This document shows, piece by piece, positions 1-13,018 of a stretch of DNA of 64,000 nt. The stretch's first letter is position 1. The number at the start of each line of letters is the position of its first letter. The stretch is taken from the NCBI GenBank assembly GCA_964016885.1, contig OZ024741.1:258044001-258108000 (forward strand), written 5' to 3'. Source of the stretch: Eledone cirrhosa. Taxonomy: Eukaryota. The notes below the pieces were generated by a model. That model saw nothing but the letters and a program-made list of their open reading frames with translations. It ran no database searches and was not told where the DNA came from. Made by a program: the position numbers and the translations under genes.

Positions 1-2815
1 GGGCGTTTCGACTTACGCGTGTTTCGACTTACGAGTGTTTTGACTTACGAGTGTTCTGACTTAGGAGTGTTCTGACTTACGAGTGTTTCGGCTTACGCGT
101 GTTTCGACGTACGAGTATTTTTGGCTTACGAGTGTTTCGACTTACGAGTGTTTTGAATTACGATTGTTTCGGCTTACGAGTGTTTCGACTTACGAGTATT
201 TCGACTTACGAGTGTTTTGACTTATGGGTGTTTTGACATACGATTGTTTCGATACGAGTGCTCTGACTTACGAGTGTTCTGACTTACGAGTGTTCTGACC
301 TACGAGTGTTCTGACTTACGGGTGTTCTGACTTACGTGTGTTCCGACTTACGAGTGTTTCGGCTATGGGTGTTTCGACTTACGAGTGTTTCGACTTACGA
401 ATGTTTTGGCTTACGAGTGTTTCGGCTTACGAGTGTTTCGACTTACGAATGTTTTGGCTTACGAGTGTTTCGGCTTACGGGTGTTTCGACTAATGAGTGT
501 TTCGACTTACGAGTGTTTTGACTTACGGTGTTTCGGCTTACGAGTTATTTGACATACGAGTGTTTCGACTTACGGGTGTTTCGACTTACGGGTGTTTCGA
601 CTTACGAGTGTTCTGACTTACGAGTGTTCTGACTTACGAGTGTTCTGACTTACGAGTGTTTCGACTTACGAGTGTTTCGGTTTACGAGTGTTTCGACACA
701 CGAGTGTTTTGACTTACGGGGGTTTCGACTTACTGTTGTTTCGACTTACGGGTGTTTCGGCTTACGAGTGTTTCGACTTACTAATGTTTTTACTTACGAG
801 TGTTTCGGTGTACGAGTGTTTCGACTTAAGGATGTTTCGGCTTACGAGTGTTTCGACTTACGAGTGTTTCGGCTTACGTGAGTTTCGACTTAAGGGTGTT
901 TTGACTTACGGGTGTTGTGAATTACGAGTGTTCCGATTTACGAGTGTTTTGACTTACGGTGTTTCGGCTTACGAGTTATTCGACTTACGAATGTTTTGAC
1001 TTACGGGTGTTTCGGCTTGCGAGTGTTTCGACTTACGAGTGTTTCGGCTTATGAGTGTTTCGACTTACTAATGTTTTTACTTACGAGTGTTTCGGCGTAC
1101 GAGTGTTTTGACTTACGAGTGTTTCGACTTACGAGTGTTTTGACTTACGAATGTTTTGACTTACGGGTGTTTCGGCTTACAAGTGTTCCGACTTACGAGT
1201 GTTTCGGCTGGCGAGTGTTTCGACTTACGAGTGTTTTGACTTAAGGGTGTTTCGACTGACGAGTGTTTCGACTTACGAGTGTTTCGACTTACGAGTGTTT
1301 CAGCTTACGAGTGTTTCGACTTACGAGTGTTTCGACATACGAGTGTTTCGACTTACGAATGTTTTTGCTTACGGGTGTTTCGACTTACGAATGTTTTTGC
1401 TTACGAGTGTTTCGGTTTACGAGTGTTCCGACTTACGAGTGTTCCGACATACGAGTGTTTCGGCTTACGAGTGTTTCCGGCTTACGAGTGTTTCGACTTA
1501 CGAGTGTTTCGACTTACGAGTGTTTTGACTTACGGTGTTTCGGCTTACGAGTGATTAGACTTACGAGTGTTTTGACTTACGGGTGTTTTGACTTACGGGT
1601 GTTGTGAATTACGAGTGTTCCGATTTACGAGTGTTTTGACTTACGGTGTTTCGGCTTACGAGTGATTCGACTTACGAATGTTTTGACTTACGGGTGTTTC
1701 GACTTACGAGTGTTTTGACTTACGAATGTTTTGACTTACGGGTGTTTCGGCTTACGAGTGTTTCGACTTACGAGTGTTTCGGCTTGCGAGTGTTTTGACT
1801 TACTAATGTTTTTACTTACGAGAGTTTCGGCCTACGTGTGTTTCGACTTACGAGTGTTTTGACTTATGGGTGTTTCGACTTACGAGTGTTTCGACTTACG
1901 AGTGTTTCGACTTACGAATGTTTCGGATTACGAGTGTTTTGACTTGAGGTTGTTTCGACTTACGAGTGTTTCGATACGAGTGTTTCGACTTACGAGTGTT
2001 CTGACTTACGAGTGTTCTGATTTACGGATGTTTCGACACACGAGTGTTTCGAATTACGAGTGTTTCGACTTACGAGTGGTTTGACTTACGGGTGTTTTCA
2101 CATACGAGTGTTTCGATACGAGTGTTTCGACTTACGAGTGTTCTGACTTACGAGTGTTCTGACTTACGAGTGTTCTGACTTACGAGTGTTCTCACTTACG
2201 AGTGTTCCGACTTACGAGTGTTCCGATTTACGAGTGTTTCGGCTTACGAGTGTTTTGATTTACGAGTGTTTTGACTTACGGGTGCTTCGACTTACGCGTG
2301 TTTCGACTTACGAGTGTTTCGACTTACGAGTGTTTCGACTTACGAGTGTTTCGGCTTACGAGTGTTTCGACTTACGAGTGTTCTGACTACGAGTGTTCTG
2401 ACTTACGGGTGTTCTGACTTACGAGTGTTCCGACTTACGAGTGTTTCGGCTTATGAGTGTTTCGACTTACGAGTGCTTCGACTTACGAGTGTTTTTGCTT
2501 ACGGGTGTTTCGACTTACGAATGTTTTTGCTTACGAGTGTTTCGGCTTACGAGTGTTTCGGCTTATGAGTGTTTCGACTTACTAATGTTTTTACTTACGA
2601 GTGTTTCGGTGTACGAGTGTTTCGACTTAAGGATGTTTCGACTTACGGGTGTTTCGGCTTACGAGTGTTTCGATACGAGTGTTCTGACTTACGAGTGTTT
2701 CCGCTTACGAGTGTTTCGGCTTACGAGTGTTTCGACTTACTAATGTTTTTACTTACGAGTGTTTCGGTGTACGAGTGTTTCGACTTAAGGATGTTTCGAC
2801 TTACGGGTGTTTCGG

Positions 2816-5800
2816 CTTACGAGTGTTTCGACTTACGAGTGTTTTGACTTACGAGTGTTCTGACTTATGAGTGTTCCGACTTACGAGTGTTCCAACTTAC
2901 GAGTGTTTCGGCTTATGAGTGTTTCGACTTACGGGCGTTTCGACTTACGGGTGTTTCGACTTACGAGTGTTTTGACTTACGAGTGTTCTGACTTACCGGT
3001 GTTCCGACTTACGACTGTTTCGACTTACGAGTGTTTTGACTTACGAGTGTTCCGACTTACGAGTGTTTCGGCTTACGGGTGTTTCCACGTACGAGTATTT
3101 TTGGCTTACGAGTGTTTCGACTTACGAGTGTTTTGAATTACGATTGTTTCGGCTTACGAGTGTTTCGACTTACGAGTGTTTTGACTTATGGGTGTTTTTA
3201 CATACGAGTGTTTCGATACGAATGCTCTGACTTACGAGTGTCCTGACTTACGAGTGTTCTGACTTACGAGTGTTCTGACTTACGTGTGTTCCGACTTACG
3301 AGTGTTTCGGCTATGGGTGTTTCGACTTACGAGTGTTTTGACTTACGGGTGTTTCGACTTACTGGTGTTTCGACTTACGAGTGTTTCGACTTATGAGTGT
3401 TTCGACTTACGAGTGTTCTGACTTACGAGTGTTCTGACTTACGAGTGTTCCGACTTACGAGTGTTTAGGTTTACGAGTGTTTCGACACATGAGTGTTTTG
3501 ACTTACGGGTGTTTCGACTTACCGGTGTTTCAACTTACGAGTGTTTCGGCTTACGAGTGTTTCGACTGACTAATGTTTTTACTTACGAGTGTTTCGGTGT
3601 ACGAGTGTTTCGACTTAAGGATGTTTCGATTTACGAGTGTTTCGACTTACGAGTGTTTCGGCTTACGTGAGTTTCGACTTAATAGTGTTCTGATTTACGA
3701 GTGTTCTGACTTGCGGGTGTTCTGATTTACGAGTGTTCCGACTTACGAGTGTTTCGCCTTATGGGTGTTTCGACTTACGAGTGTTTTTACTTACGGTGTT
3801 TCGGCTTCCGAGTGTTTCGACATACGAGTGTTTTGACTTACGGGTGTTTCGGCTTACGAGTGTTTCGACTTACGAGTGTTTCGGCTTACGAGTGTTTCGA
3901 CTTACTAATGTTTTTACTTACGAGTGTTTCGCCGTACGAGTGTTTTGACTTACGAGTGTTTCGACTTACGAGTGTTTCGACTTACGAGTGTTTTGACTTA
4001 CGAATGTTTTGACTTACGGGTGTTTCGGCTTACGAGTGTTTCGACTTACGAGTCTTTCGGCTTACGAGTGTTTCGATTTACTAATGTTTTTACTTACGAG
4101 TGTTTCGGCGTACGAGTGTTTCGACTTACGGGTGTTTTGACTTACGGGTGTTTCGACTTACGAGTGTTTTGACTTAAGGGTGTTTCGACTTACGAGTATT
4201 TTGGGCTTACGAGTGTTTCGACTTACGAGTGTTTTGACTTACGAGTGTTCTTATTTACGGATGTTTCGACATACGAGTGTTCAGACTTACGAGTGTTCCG
4301 ACTTACGAGTGTTTCGGCTTACGAGTGTTTCGGCTCAAGAGTGTTTCGACTTACGAGTGTTTCGACTTACGAGTGTTTCGACTTACGAGTGTTTTGACTT
4401 ACGAGTGTTCTGACTTATGAGTGTTCCGACTTACGAGTGTTCCAACTTACGAGTGTTTCGGCTTATGAGTGTTTCGACTTACGGGCGTTTCGACTTACGG
4501 GTGTTTCGACTTACGAGTGTTTTGACTTACGAGTGTTCTGACTTACCGGTGTTCCGACTTACGACTGTTTCGACTTACGAGTGTTTTGACTTACGAGTGT
4601 TCCGACTTACGAGTGTTTCGGCTTACGGGTGTTTCCACGTACGAGTATTTTTGGCTTACGAGTGTTTCGACTTACGAGTGTTTTGAATTACGATTGTTTC
4701 GGCTTACGAGTGTTTCGACTTACGAGTGTTTTGACTTATGGGTGTTTTTACATACGAGTGTTTCGATACGAATGCTCTGACTTACGAGTGTCCTGACTTA
4801 CGAGTGTTCTGACTTACGAGTGTTCTGACTTACGTGTGTTCCGACTTACGAGTGTTTCGGCTATGGGTGTTTCGACTTACGAGTGTTTTGACTTACGGGT
4901 GTTTCGACTTACTGGTGTTTCGACTTACGAGTGTTTCGACTTATGAGTGTTTCGACTTACGAGTGTTCTGACTTACGAGTGTTCTGACTTACGAGTGTTC
5001 CGACTTACGAGTGTTTAGGTTTACGAGTGTTTCGACACATGAGTGTTTTGACTTACGGGTGTTTCGACTTACCGGTGTTTCAACTTACGAGTGTTTCGGC
5101 TTACGAGTGTTTCGACTGACTAATGTTTTTACTTACGAGTGTTTCGGTGTACGAGTGTTTCGACTTAAGGATGTTTCGATTTACGAGTGTTTCGACTTAC
5201 GAGTGTTTCGGCTTACGTGAGTTTCGACTTAATAGTGTTCTGATTTACGAGTGTTCTGACTTGCGGGTGTTCTGATTTACGAGTGTTCCGACTTACGAGT
5301 GTTTCGCCTTATGGGTGTTTCGACTTACGAGTGTTTTTACTTACGGTGTTTCGGCTTCCGAGTGTTTCGACATACGAGTGTTTTGACTTACGGGTGTTTC
5401 GGCTTACGAGTGTTTCGACTTACGAGTGTTTCGGCTTACGAGTGTTTCGACTTACTAATGTTTTTACTTACGAGTGTTTCGCCGTACGAGTGTTTTGACT
5501 TACGAGTGTTTCGACTTACGAGTGTTTCGACTTACGAGTGTTTTGACTTACGAATGTTTTGACTTACGGGTGTTTCTGCTTACGAGTGTTTCGACTTACG
5601 AGTCTTTCGGCTTACGAGTGTTTCGATTTACTAATGTTTTTACTTACGAGTGTTTCGGCGTACGAGTGTTTCGACTTACGGGTGTTTTGACTTACGGGTG
5701 TTTCGACTTACGAGTGTTTTGACTTAAGGGTGTTTCGACTTACGAGTATTTTGGGCTTACGAGTGTTTCGACTTACGAGTGTTTTGACTTACGAGTGTTC

Positions 5801-5944
5801 TTATTTACGGATGTTTCGACATACGAGTGTTCAGACTTACGAGTGTTCCGACTTACGAGTGTTTCGGCTTACGAGTGTTTCGGCTCAAGAGTGTTTCGAC
5901 TTACGAGTGTTTCGACTTACGAGTGTTTCGACTTACGAGTGTTT
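2816..5944 (+). repeat. Tandem block duplication, period 1550 bp (2 copies)
   Basis: Identical ORF series offset by 1550 (2867/4417, 3461/5011, 4180/5730); one noted SNP (4027 G vs 5577 T). Confidence 0.93.
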
Positions 5945-6190
5945 CGACTTACGAGTGTTTTGACTTACGGTGTTTCGGCTTACGAGTGTTTCGACTTACG
6001 AGTGTTTTGACTTACTGGTGTTTTGACATACGAGTGTTTCGATACGAGTGTTTCGACTTACTAGTGTTCTGACTTACGAGTGTTCTAACTTACGAGTGTT
6101 CTGACTTACGAGTGTTCTGACTTACGAGTGTTCCGACTTACGAGTGTTTCGGCTCACGAGTGTTTCGGCTTACGAGTGTTTCGACTTACG

Positions 6191-6270
6191 AAAATAACAA
6201 ATAGACGCGGTTTCAAATCTCTATGCTTTTCAAATTCATTACATTAATCTTTATTTATACGTTTCGCTTT
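6191..6270 (+). repeat. AT-rich ~80-bp island, copy 1
   Basis: AAAATAACAAATAGACGCGG...TATACGTTTCGCTTT interrupting the satellite. Confidence 0.97.
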
Positions 6271-6829
6271 ACGAGTGTTTCGACTTACGAGTGTTTCGAC
6301 TTACGAGTGTTTCGGCTTACGAGTGTTTTGACTTACGAGTGTTTTGACTTACATGTGTTTCGACTTACGCGTGTTTCGACTTACGAGTGTTTCGACTTGC
6401 GAGTGTTTCGACTATGGGTGTTTCGACTTACGAATGTTTTGACTTACGGATGTTTTGACTTACGGGTGTTTCGGCTTACGAGTGTTTCGACTTACGAGTG
6501 TTTCGACTTACGAGTGTTTTGACTTACGAGTGTTTTGACTTACGGTGTTTGGGCTTACGAGTGTTTCGACTTACAAGTGTTTTGACTTACGGGTGTTTTG
6601 ACATACGAGTGTTTCGATACGAGTGTTCTGACTTACGAGTGTTCTGACTTACGAGTGTTCTGACTTACGAGTGTTCTGACATACGTGTGTTCTGACTTAC
6701 GAGTGTTCCGATTTACGAGTGTTTCGGCATATGAGTGTTTCGACTTACGAATGTTTTTGCTTACGGGTGTTTCGACTTATGAATGTTTTTGCTTACGAGT
6801 GTTTCGGCTTACGAGTGTTTCGACTTACG

Positions 6830-6909
6830 AAAATAACAAATAGACGCGGTTTCAAATCTCTATGCTTTTCAAATTCATTACATTAATCTTTATTTACACG
6901 TTTCGCTTT
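6830..6909 (+). repeat. AT-rich island, copy 2 (TTTACACG variant)
   Basis: Direct match to island consensus. Confidence 0.97.
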
Positions 6910-9009
6910 ACGAGTGTTTCGACTTACGCGTGTTTCGACTTACGAGTGTTTCCACTTACGAGTGTTTCGACTTACGAGTGTTTCGACTTACGAGTGTTTC
7001 GACTTACGAGTGTTCTGACTTACGAGTGTTCTGACTTAGGAGTGTTTCGACTTACGAGTGTTCTGACTTAGGAGTGTTCTGACTTACGATTGTTCCGACT
7101 TACGAGTGTTTCGACTTACGAGTGTTTCGATACGAATGCTCTGACTTACGAGTGTTCTGACTTACGAGTGTTCTGACTTACGAGTATTCTGACTTACGTG
7201 TGTTCCGACTTACGAGTGTTTCGGCTATGGGTGTTTCGACTTACGAGTGTTTCGACTTACGAATGTTTTGGCTTACGAGTGTTTCGGCTTACGAGTGTTT
7301 CGACTTACGAATGTTTTGGCTTACGAGTGTTTCGGCTTACGGGTGTTTCGACTTACGAGTGTTTTGACTTACGAGTGTTCTGACTTACGAGTGTTCTGAC
7401 TAACGAGTGTTCCGATACGAGTGTTTAGGTTTACGAGTGTTTCGACACATGAGTGTTTTGACTTACGGGTGTTTCGACTTACGGGTGTTTCGACTTACGA
7501 GTGTTTCGGCTTACGAGTGTTTCGACTTACTAATGTTTTTACTTACGTTTCGACTTAAGGATGTTTCGATTTACGAGTGTTTCGACTTACGAGTGTTTCG
7601 GCTTACGTGAGTTTCGACTTAAGAGTGTTCTGATTTACGAGTGTTCTGACTTGCGGGTGTTCTGATTTACGAGTGTTCCGACTTACGAGTGTTTCGGCTT
7701 ATGAGTGTTTCGACTTACGAGTGTTTCGGCTTACGAGTGTTTCGCCTTATGGTTGTTTCGACTTACGAGTGTTTTTACTTACGGTGTTTCGGCTTCCGAG
7801 TGTTTCGAGATACGAGTGTTTTGACTTACGGGTGTTTCGGCTTACGAGTGTTTCGACTTACGAGTGTTTCGGCTTACGAGTGTTTCGACTTACTAATGTT
7901 TTTACTTACGAGTGTTTCGGCGTACGAGAGTTTTGACTTACGAGTGTTTCGATCTACGAGTGTTTCGACTTACGAGTGTTTTGACTTACGAATGTTTTGA
8001 CTTACGGGTGTTTCGGCTTACGAGTGTTTCGACTTACGAGTCTTTCGGCTTACGAGTGTTTCGACTTACTAATGTTTTTACTTACGAGTGTTTCGGCGTA
8101 CGAGTGTTTCGACTTACGAGTGTTTCGACTTACGGGTGTTTTGACTTACGGGTGTTTCGGCTTACGAGTGTTTTGACTTAAGGGTGTTTCGACTTACGAG
8201 TATTTTTGGCTTACGAGTGTTTCGACTTACGAGTGTTTTGACTTACGAGTGTTCTGATTTACGGATGTTTCGACATACGAGTGTTCAGACTTACGAGTGT
8301 TCCAACTTACGAGTGTTTCGGCTTACGAGTGTTTCGGCTCACGAGTGTTTCGACTTACGAGTATTTCGACTTACGAGTGTTTCGACTTACGAGTGTTTCG
8401 ACTTACGAGTGTTTTGACTTACGGTGTTTCGGCTTACGAGTGTTTCGACTTACGAGTGTTTTGACTTACTGGTGTTTTGACATACGAGTGTTTCGATACG
8501 AGTGTTTCGACTTACGAGTGTTCTGACTTAAGAGTGTTCCGACTTACGAGTGTTTCGGCTCACGAGTGTTTCGGCTTACGAGTGTTTCGACTTACGAGTG
8601 TTTCGACTTACGAGTGTTTCGGCTTGCGAGTGTTTCGACTACGGGTGTTTCGACTTACGAATGTTTTGACTTACGGATGTTTTGACTTACGGGTGTTTCG
8701 GCTTACGAGTGTTTCGACTTACGAGTGTTTTGACTTACGAGTGTTTTGACTTACGGTGTTTCGGCTTACGAGTGTTTCGACTACGAGTGTTTCGACTTAC
8801 GAGTGTTTCGGCTTACGAGTGTTTCGACATACGGGTGTTTTGACTTACGGGTGTTTTGACATACGAGTGTTCTGACTTACGAGTGTTCCGATTTACGAGT
8901 GTTTCGGCATATGAGTGTTTCGAATTACGAATGTTTTTGCTTACGGGTGTTTCGACTTACGAATGTTTTTGCTTACGAGTGTTTCGGCTTACGAGTGTTT
9001 CGACTTACG

Positions 9010-9089
9010 AAAATAACAAATAGACGCGGTTTCAAATCTCTATGCTTTTCAAATTCATTACATTAATCTTTATTTACACGTTTCGCTTT
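9010..9089 (+). repeat. AT-rich island, copy 3 (TTTACACG variant)
   Basis: Direct match to island consensus. Confidence 0.97.
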
Positions 9090-10061
9090 ACGAGTGTTTC
9101 GACTTACGCGTGTTTCGACTTACGGGTGTTTCGACTTACGAGTGTTTCGACTTACGAGTGTTTCGTCTTACGAGTGTTTCGGCTTACGAGTGTTTTGACT
9201 TACGAGTGTTCCGACTACGAGTGTTCTGACTTACGAGTGTTTCGGCTTATGAGTGTTTCGACTTACGAGTGTTTCGGCTTATGAGTGTTTCGACTTACGA
9301 CTGTTTCGACTTACGAGTGTTTCGACTCACGAGTGTTTCGACTTACGAGTTTTTCGACTTACGGGTGTTTCGACTTACGAGTGTTTCGACTACGAGTGTT
9401 TCGACTTACGAGTGTTTCGGCTTACGAGTGTTTCGACATACGGGTGTTTCGACTTACGGTGTTTCGGCTTACGAGTGTTTCGACTTACGAGTGTTCTGAC
9501 TTACGAGTGTTCTGACTTATGAGTGTTCTGACTTACGAGTGTTCTGACTTACGAGTGTTCCGACTTACGAGTGTTTCGGCTTACGAGTGTTTCGACTTAC
9601 GAGTGTTATGACTTACGAGTGTTCTGACTTATGAGTGTTTTGACTTACGAGTGTTCTGACTTACGAGTGTTCTGACTTATGAGTGTTTTGACTTACGAGT
9701 GTTCTGACTTACGAGTGTTTCGACTTACGAGTGTTCTGACTTAGGAGTGTTCTGACTTACGAATGTTCCGACTTACGAGTGTTTCGACTTACGAGTGTTT
9801 CGACTTACGGGTGTTTCGACTTACGAGTGTTTCGACTTACGGGTGTTTCGACTTACGAGTGTTTCGACTACGAGTGTTTCGACTTACGAGTGTTTCGGCT
9901 TACGAGTGTTTCGACATACGGGTGTTTCGACTTACGGTGTTTCGGCTTACGAATGTTTCGATACGAGTGTTCTGACTTACGAGTGTTCTGACTTACGAGT
10001 GTTCCGACTTACGAGTGTTTCGGCTCACGAGTGTTTCGGCTTACGAGTGTTTCAACTTACG

Positions 10062-10141
10062 AAAATAACAAATAGACGCGGTTTCAAATCTCTATGCTTT
10101 TCAAATTCATTACATTAATCTTTATTTATACGTTTCGCTTT
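10062..10141 (+). repeat. AT-rich island, copy 4
   Basis: Direct match to island consensus. Confidence 0.97.
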
Positions 10142-11400
10142 ACGAGTGTTTCGACTTACGAGTGTTTCGACATACGAGTGTTTCGGCTTACGAGTGTTTT
10201 GATTTACGAGTGTTTTGACTTACGGGTGCTTCGACTTACGCGTGTTTCGACTTACGAGTGTTTCGACTTACGAGTGTTTCGACTTACGAGTGATTCGACT
10301 TACGAATGTTTTGACTTACGGGTGTTTCGGCTTGCGAGTGTTTCGACTTACGAGTGTTTCGGCTTATGAGTGTTTCGACTTACTAATGTTTTTACTTACG
10401 AGTGTTTCGGCGTACGAGTGTTTTGACTTACGTGTTTCGACTTACGAGTGTTTTGACTTACGAATGTTTTGACTTACGGGTGTTTCGGCTTACGAGTGTT
10501 TCGACTTACGAGTGTTTCGGCTGGCGAGTGTTTCGACTTACGAGTGTTTTGACTTAAGGGTGTTTCGACATACGAGTGTTTCGACTTACGAGTGTTTCGA
10601 CTTACGAATGTTTCGGCTTACGAGTGTTTTGACTTAAGGGTGTTTCGACTTACGAGTGTTTCGATACGAGTGTTTCGACTTACGAGTGTTCTGACTTACG
10701 AGTGTTCCGACTTACGAGTGTCTCGGCTTACGAGTGTTTCGGCTTACGAGTGTTTCGACTTACGAGTGTTTCGACTTACGAGTGTTCCGACTTACGGGTG
10801 TTTCGACTTACGAGTGTTTTGGCTTACGGTGTTTCGACTTACGAGTGTTTCGGCTTACGAGTGTTTTGACTTAAGGGTGTTTCGACTTACGAGTGTTTCG
10901 ATACGAGTGTTTCGACTTACGAGTGTTCTGACTTACGATTGTTCTGACTTACGAGCGTTCTGACTTACGAGTGTTCTGACTTACGAGTGTTTCGGCTTAC
11001 GAGTGTTTCGGCTTACGAGTGTTATGACTTACGAGTGTTTCGACTTACGAGTGTTCCGACTTACGGGTGTTTCGACTTACGAGTGTTTTGGCTTACGGTG
11101 TTTCGGCTTACGAGTGTTTCGAGTTAAGAGTGTTTTGACTTACGCGTGTTTTGACATACGAGTGTTCTGATTTACGAGTGTTCTGACTTACGAGTGTTCT
11201 GACTTACGAGTGTTCTGACTTACGAGTGTTCTGACTTACGAGTGTTCTGACATACGTATGTTCTGACTTACGAGTGTTCCGATTTACGAGTGTTTCGGCA
11301 TATGAGTGTTTCGACTTACGAATGTTTTTGCTTACGGGTCATTCGACTTACGAATGTTTTTGCTTACGAGTGTTTCGGCTTACGAGTGTTTCGACTTACG

Positions 11401-11480
11401 AAAATAACAAATAGACGCGGTTTCAAATCTCTATGCTTTTCAAATTCATTACATTAATCTTCATTTACACGTTTCGCTTT
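11401..11480 (+). repeat. AT-rich island, copy 5 (TTCATTTACACG variant)
   Basis: Direct match to island consensus. Confidence 0.97.
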
Positions 11481-12137
11481 ACGAGTGTTTCGACTTACGC
11501 GTGTTTCGACTTACGAGTGTTTCGACTTACGAGTGTTTCGGCTTATGAGTGTTTCGACTTACGAGTGTTTCGGCTTATGAGTGTTTCGACTTACGAGTGT
11601 TTCGGCGTACGAGTGTTTCGGCTTATGAGTGTTTCGACTTACGAGTGTTTCGGCTTATGAGTGTTTCGACTTACGAGTGTTTCGGCGTACGAGTGTTTCG
11701 ACTTACGAGTGTTTCGACTTACGAGTTTTTCGACTTACGGGTGTTTCGACTTACGAGTGTTTCGACTACGAGTGTTTCGACTTACGAGTGTTTCGGCTTA
11801 CGAGTGTTTCGACATACGGGTGTTTCGACTTACGGTGTTTCGGCTTACGAGTGTTTCGACTTACGAGTGTTCTGACTTACGAGTGTTCTGACTTATGAGT
11901 TTTCTGACTTACGAGTGTTCTGACTTATGAGTGTTCTGACTTACGAGTGTTTCGACTTACGAGTGTTTTGACTTACGGGTGTTTTGACATACGAGTGTTC
12001 TGACTTACGAGTGTTCCGATTTACGAGTGTTTCGGCATATGAGTGTTTCGACTTACGAATGTTTTTGCTTACGGGTATTTCGACTTACGAATGTTTTTGC
12101 TTACGAGTGTTTCGGCTTACGAGTGTTTCGACTTACG

Positions 12138-12217
12138 AAAATAACAAATAGACGCGGTTTCAAATCTCTATGCTTTTCAAATTCATTACATTAATCTTTA
12201 TTTACACGTTTCGCTTT
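12138..12217 (+). repeat. AT-rich island, copy 6 (TTTACACG variant)
   Basis: Direct match to island consensus. Confidence 0.97.
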
Positions 12218-12938
12218 ACGAGTGTTTCGACTTACGCGTGTTTCGACTTACGAGTGTTTCGACTTACGAGTGTTTCGACTTACGAGTGTTTCGACTTACG
12301 AGTGTTTCGACTTACGAGTGTTCTGACTTACGAGTGTTCTGACTTACGAGTGTTTCGACTTACGAGTGTTCTGACTTAGGAGTGTTCTGACTTACGAGTG
12401 TTCCGACTTACGAGTGTTTCGACGTACGAGTGTTTCGACTTACGAGTGTTTCGACTTACGAGTGTTTCGGCTTACGAGTGTTTTGAATTACGAGTGTTCT
12501 GACTACGAGTGTTCTGACTTACGAGTGTTTCGGCTTATGAGTGTTTCGACTTACGAGTGTTTCGGCTTATGAGTGTTCCGACTTACGAGTGTTTCGGCTT
12601 ACGAGTGTTTCGACTTACGAGTGTTTCGACTTACGAGTTTTTCGACTTACGGGTGTTTCGACTTACGGTGTTTCGGCTTACGAGTGTTTCGACTTACGAG
12701 TGTTCTGACTTACGAGTGTTCTGACTTATGAGTGTTCTGACTTACGAGTGTTCTGACTTACGAGTGTTCCGACTTACGAGTGTTTCGGCTTACGAGTGTT
12801 TCGACTTACGAGTGTTCTGACTTACGAGTGTTCTGACTTATGAGTGTTCTGACTTACGAGTGTTCTGACTTACGAGTGTTCCGACTTACGAGTGTTTCGG
12901 CTCACGAGTGTTTCGGCTTACGAGTGTTTCGACTTACG

Positions 12939-13018
12939 AAAATAACAAATAGACGCGGTTTCAAATCTCTATGCTTTTCAAATTCATTACATTAATCTTT
13001 ATTTATACGTTTCGCTTT
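12939..13018 (+). repeat. AT-rich island, copy 7
   Basis: Direct match to island consensus. Confidence 0.97.

Noticed and set aside
6209-6221. tRNA/SINE B-box-like GGTTTCAAATCTC
   Set aside because: It has an extra T relative to GGTTCRANNCC, with no upstream A box and no cloverleaf.
6191-6270. Island as an independently transposing MITE/SINE
   Set aside because: There are no terminal inverted repeats, poly(A) tail or variable target duplications. Identical junctions, orientation and linked flanks point to co-amplification from one ancestor.
6223-6522. MLFKFITLIFIYTF... ORFs starting in the island, resembling a signal peptide on a variable repeat protein
   Set aside because: Hydrophobicity follows from T-rich sequence. 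ORF lengths are arbitrary (under 60 to 167 aa), and the ATG is deleted in copies 46315 and 56623. Only Ribo-seq or proteomics could revive this.
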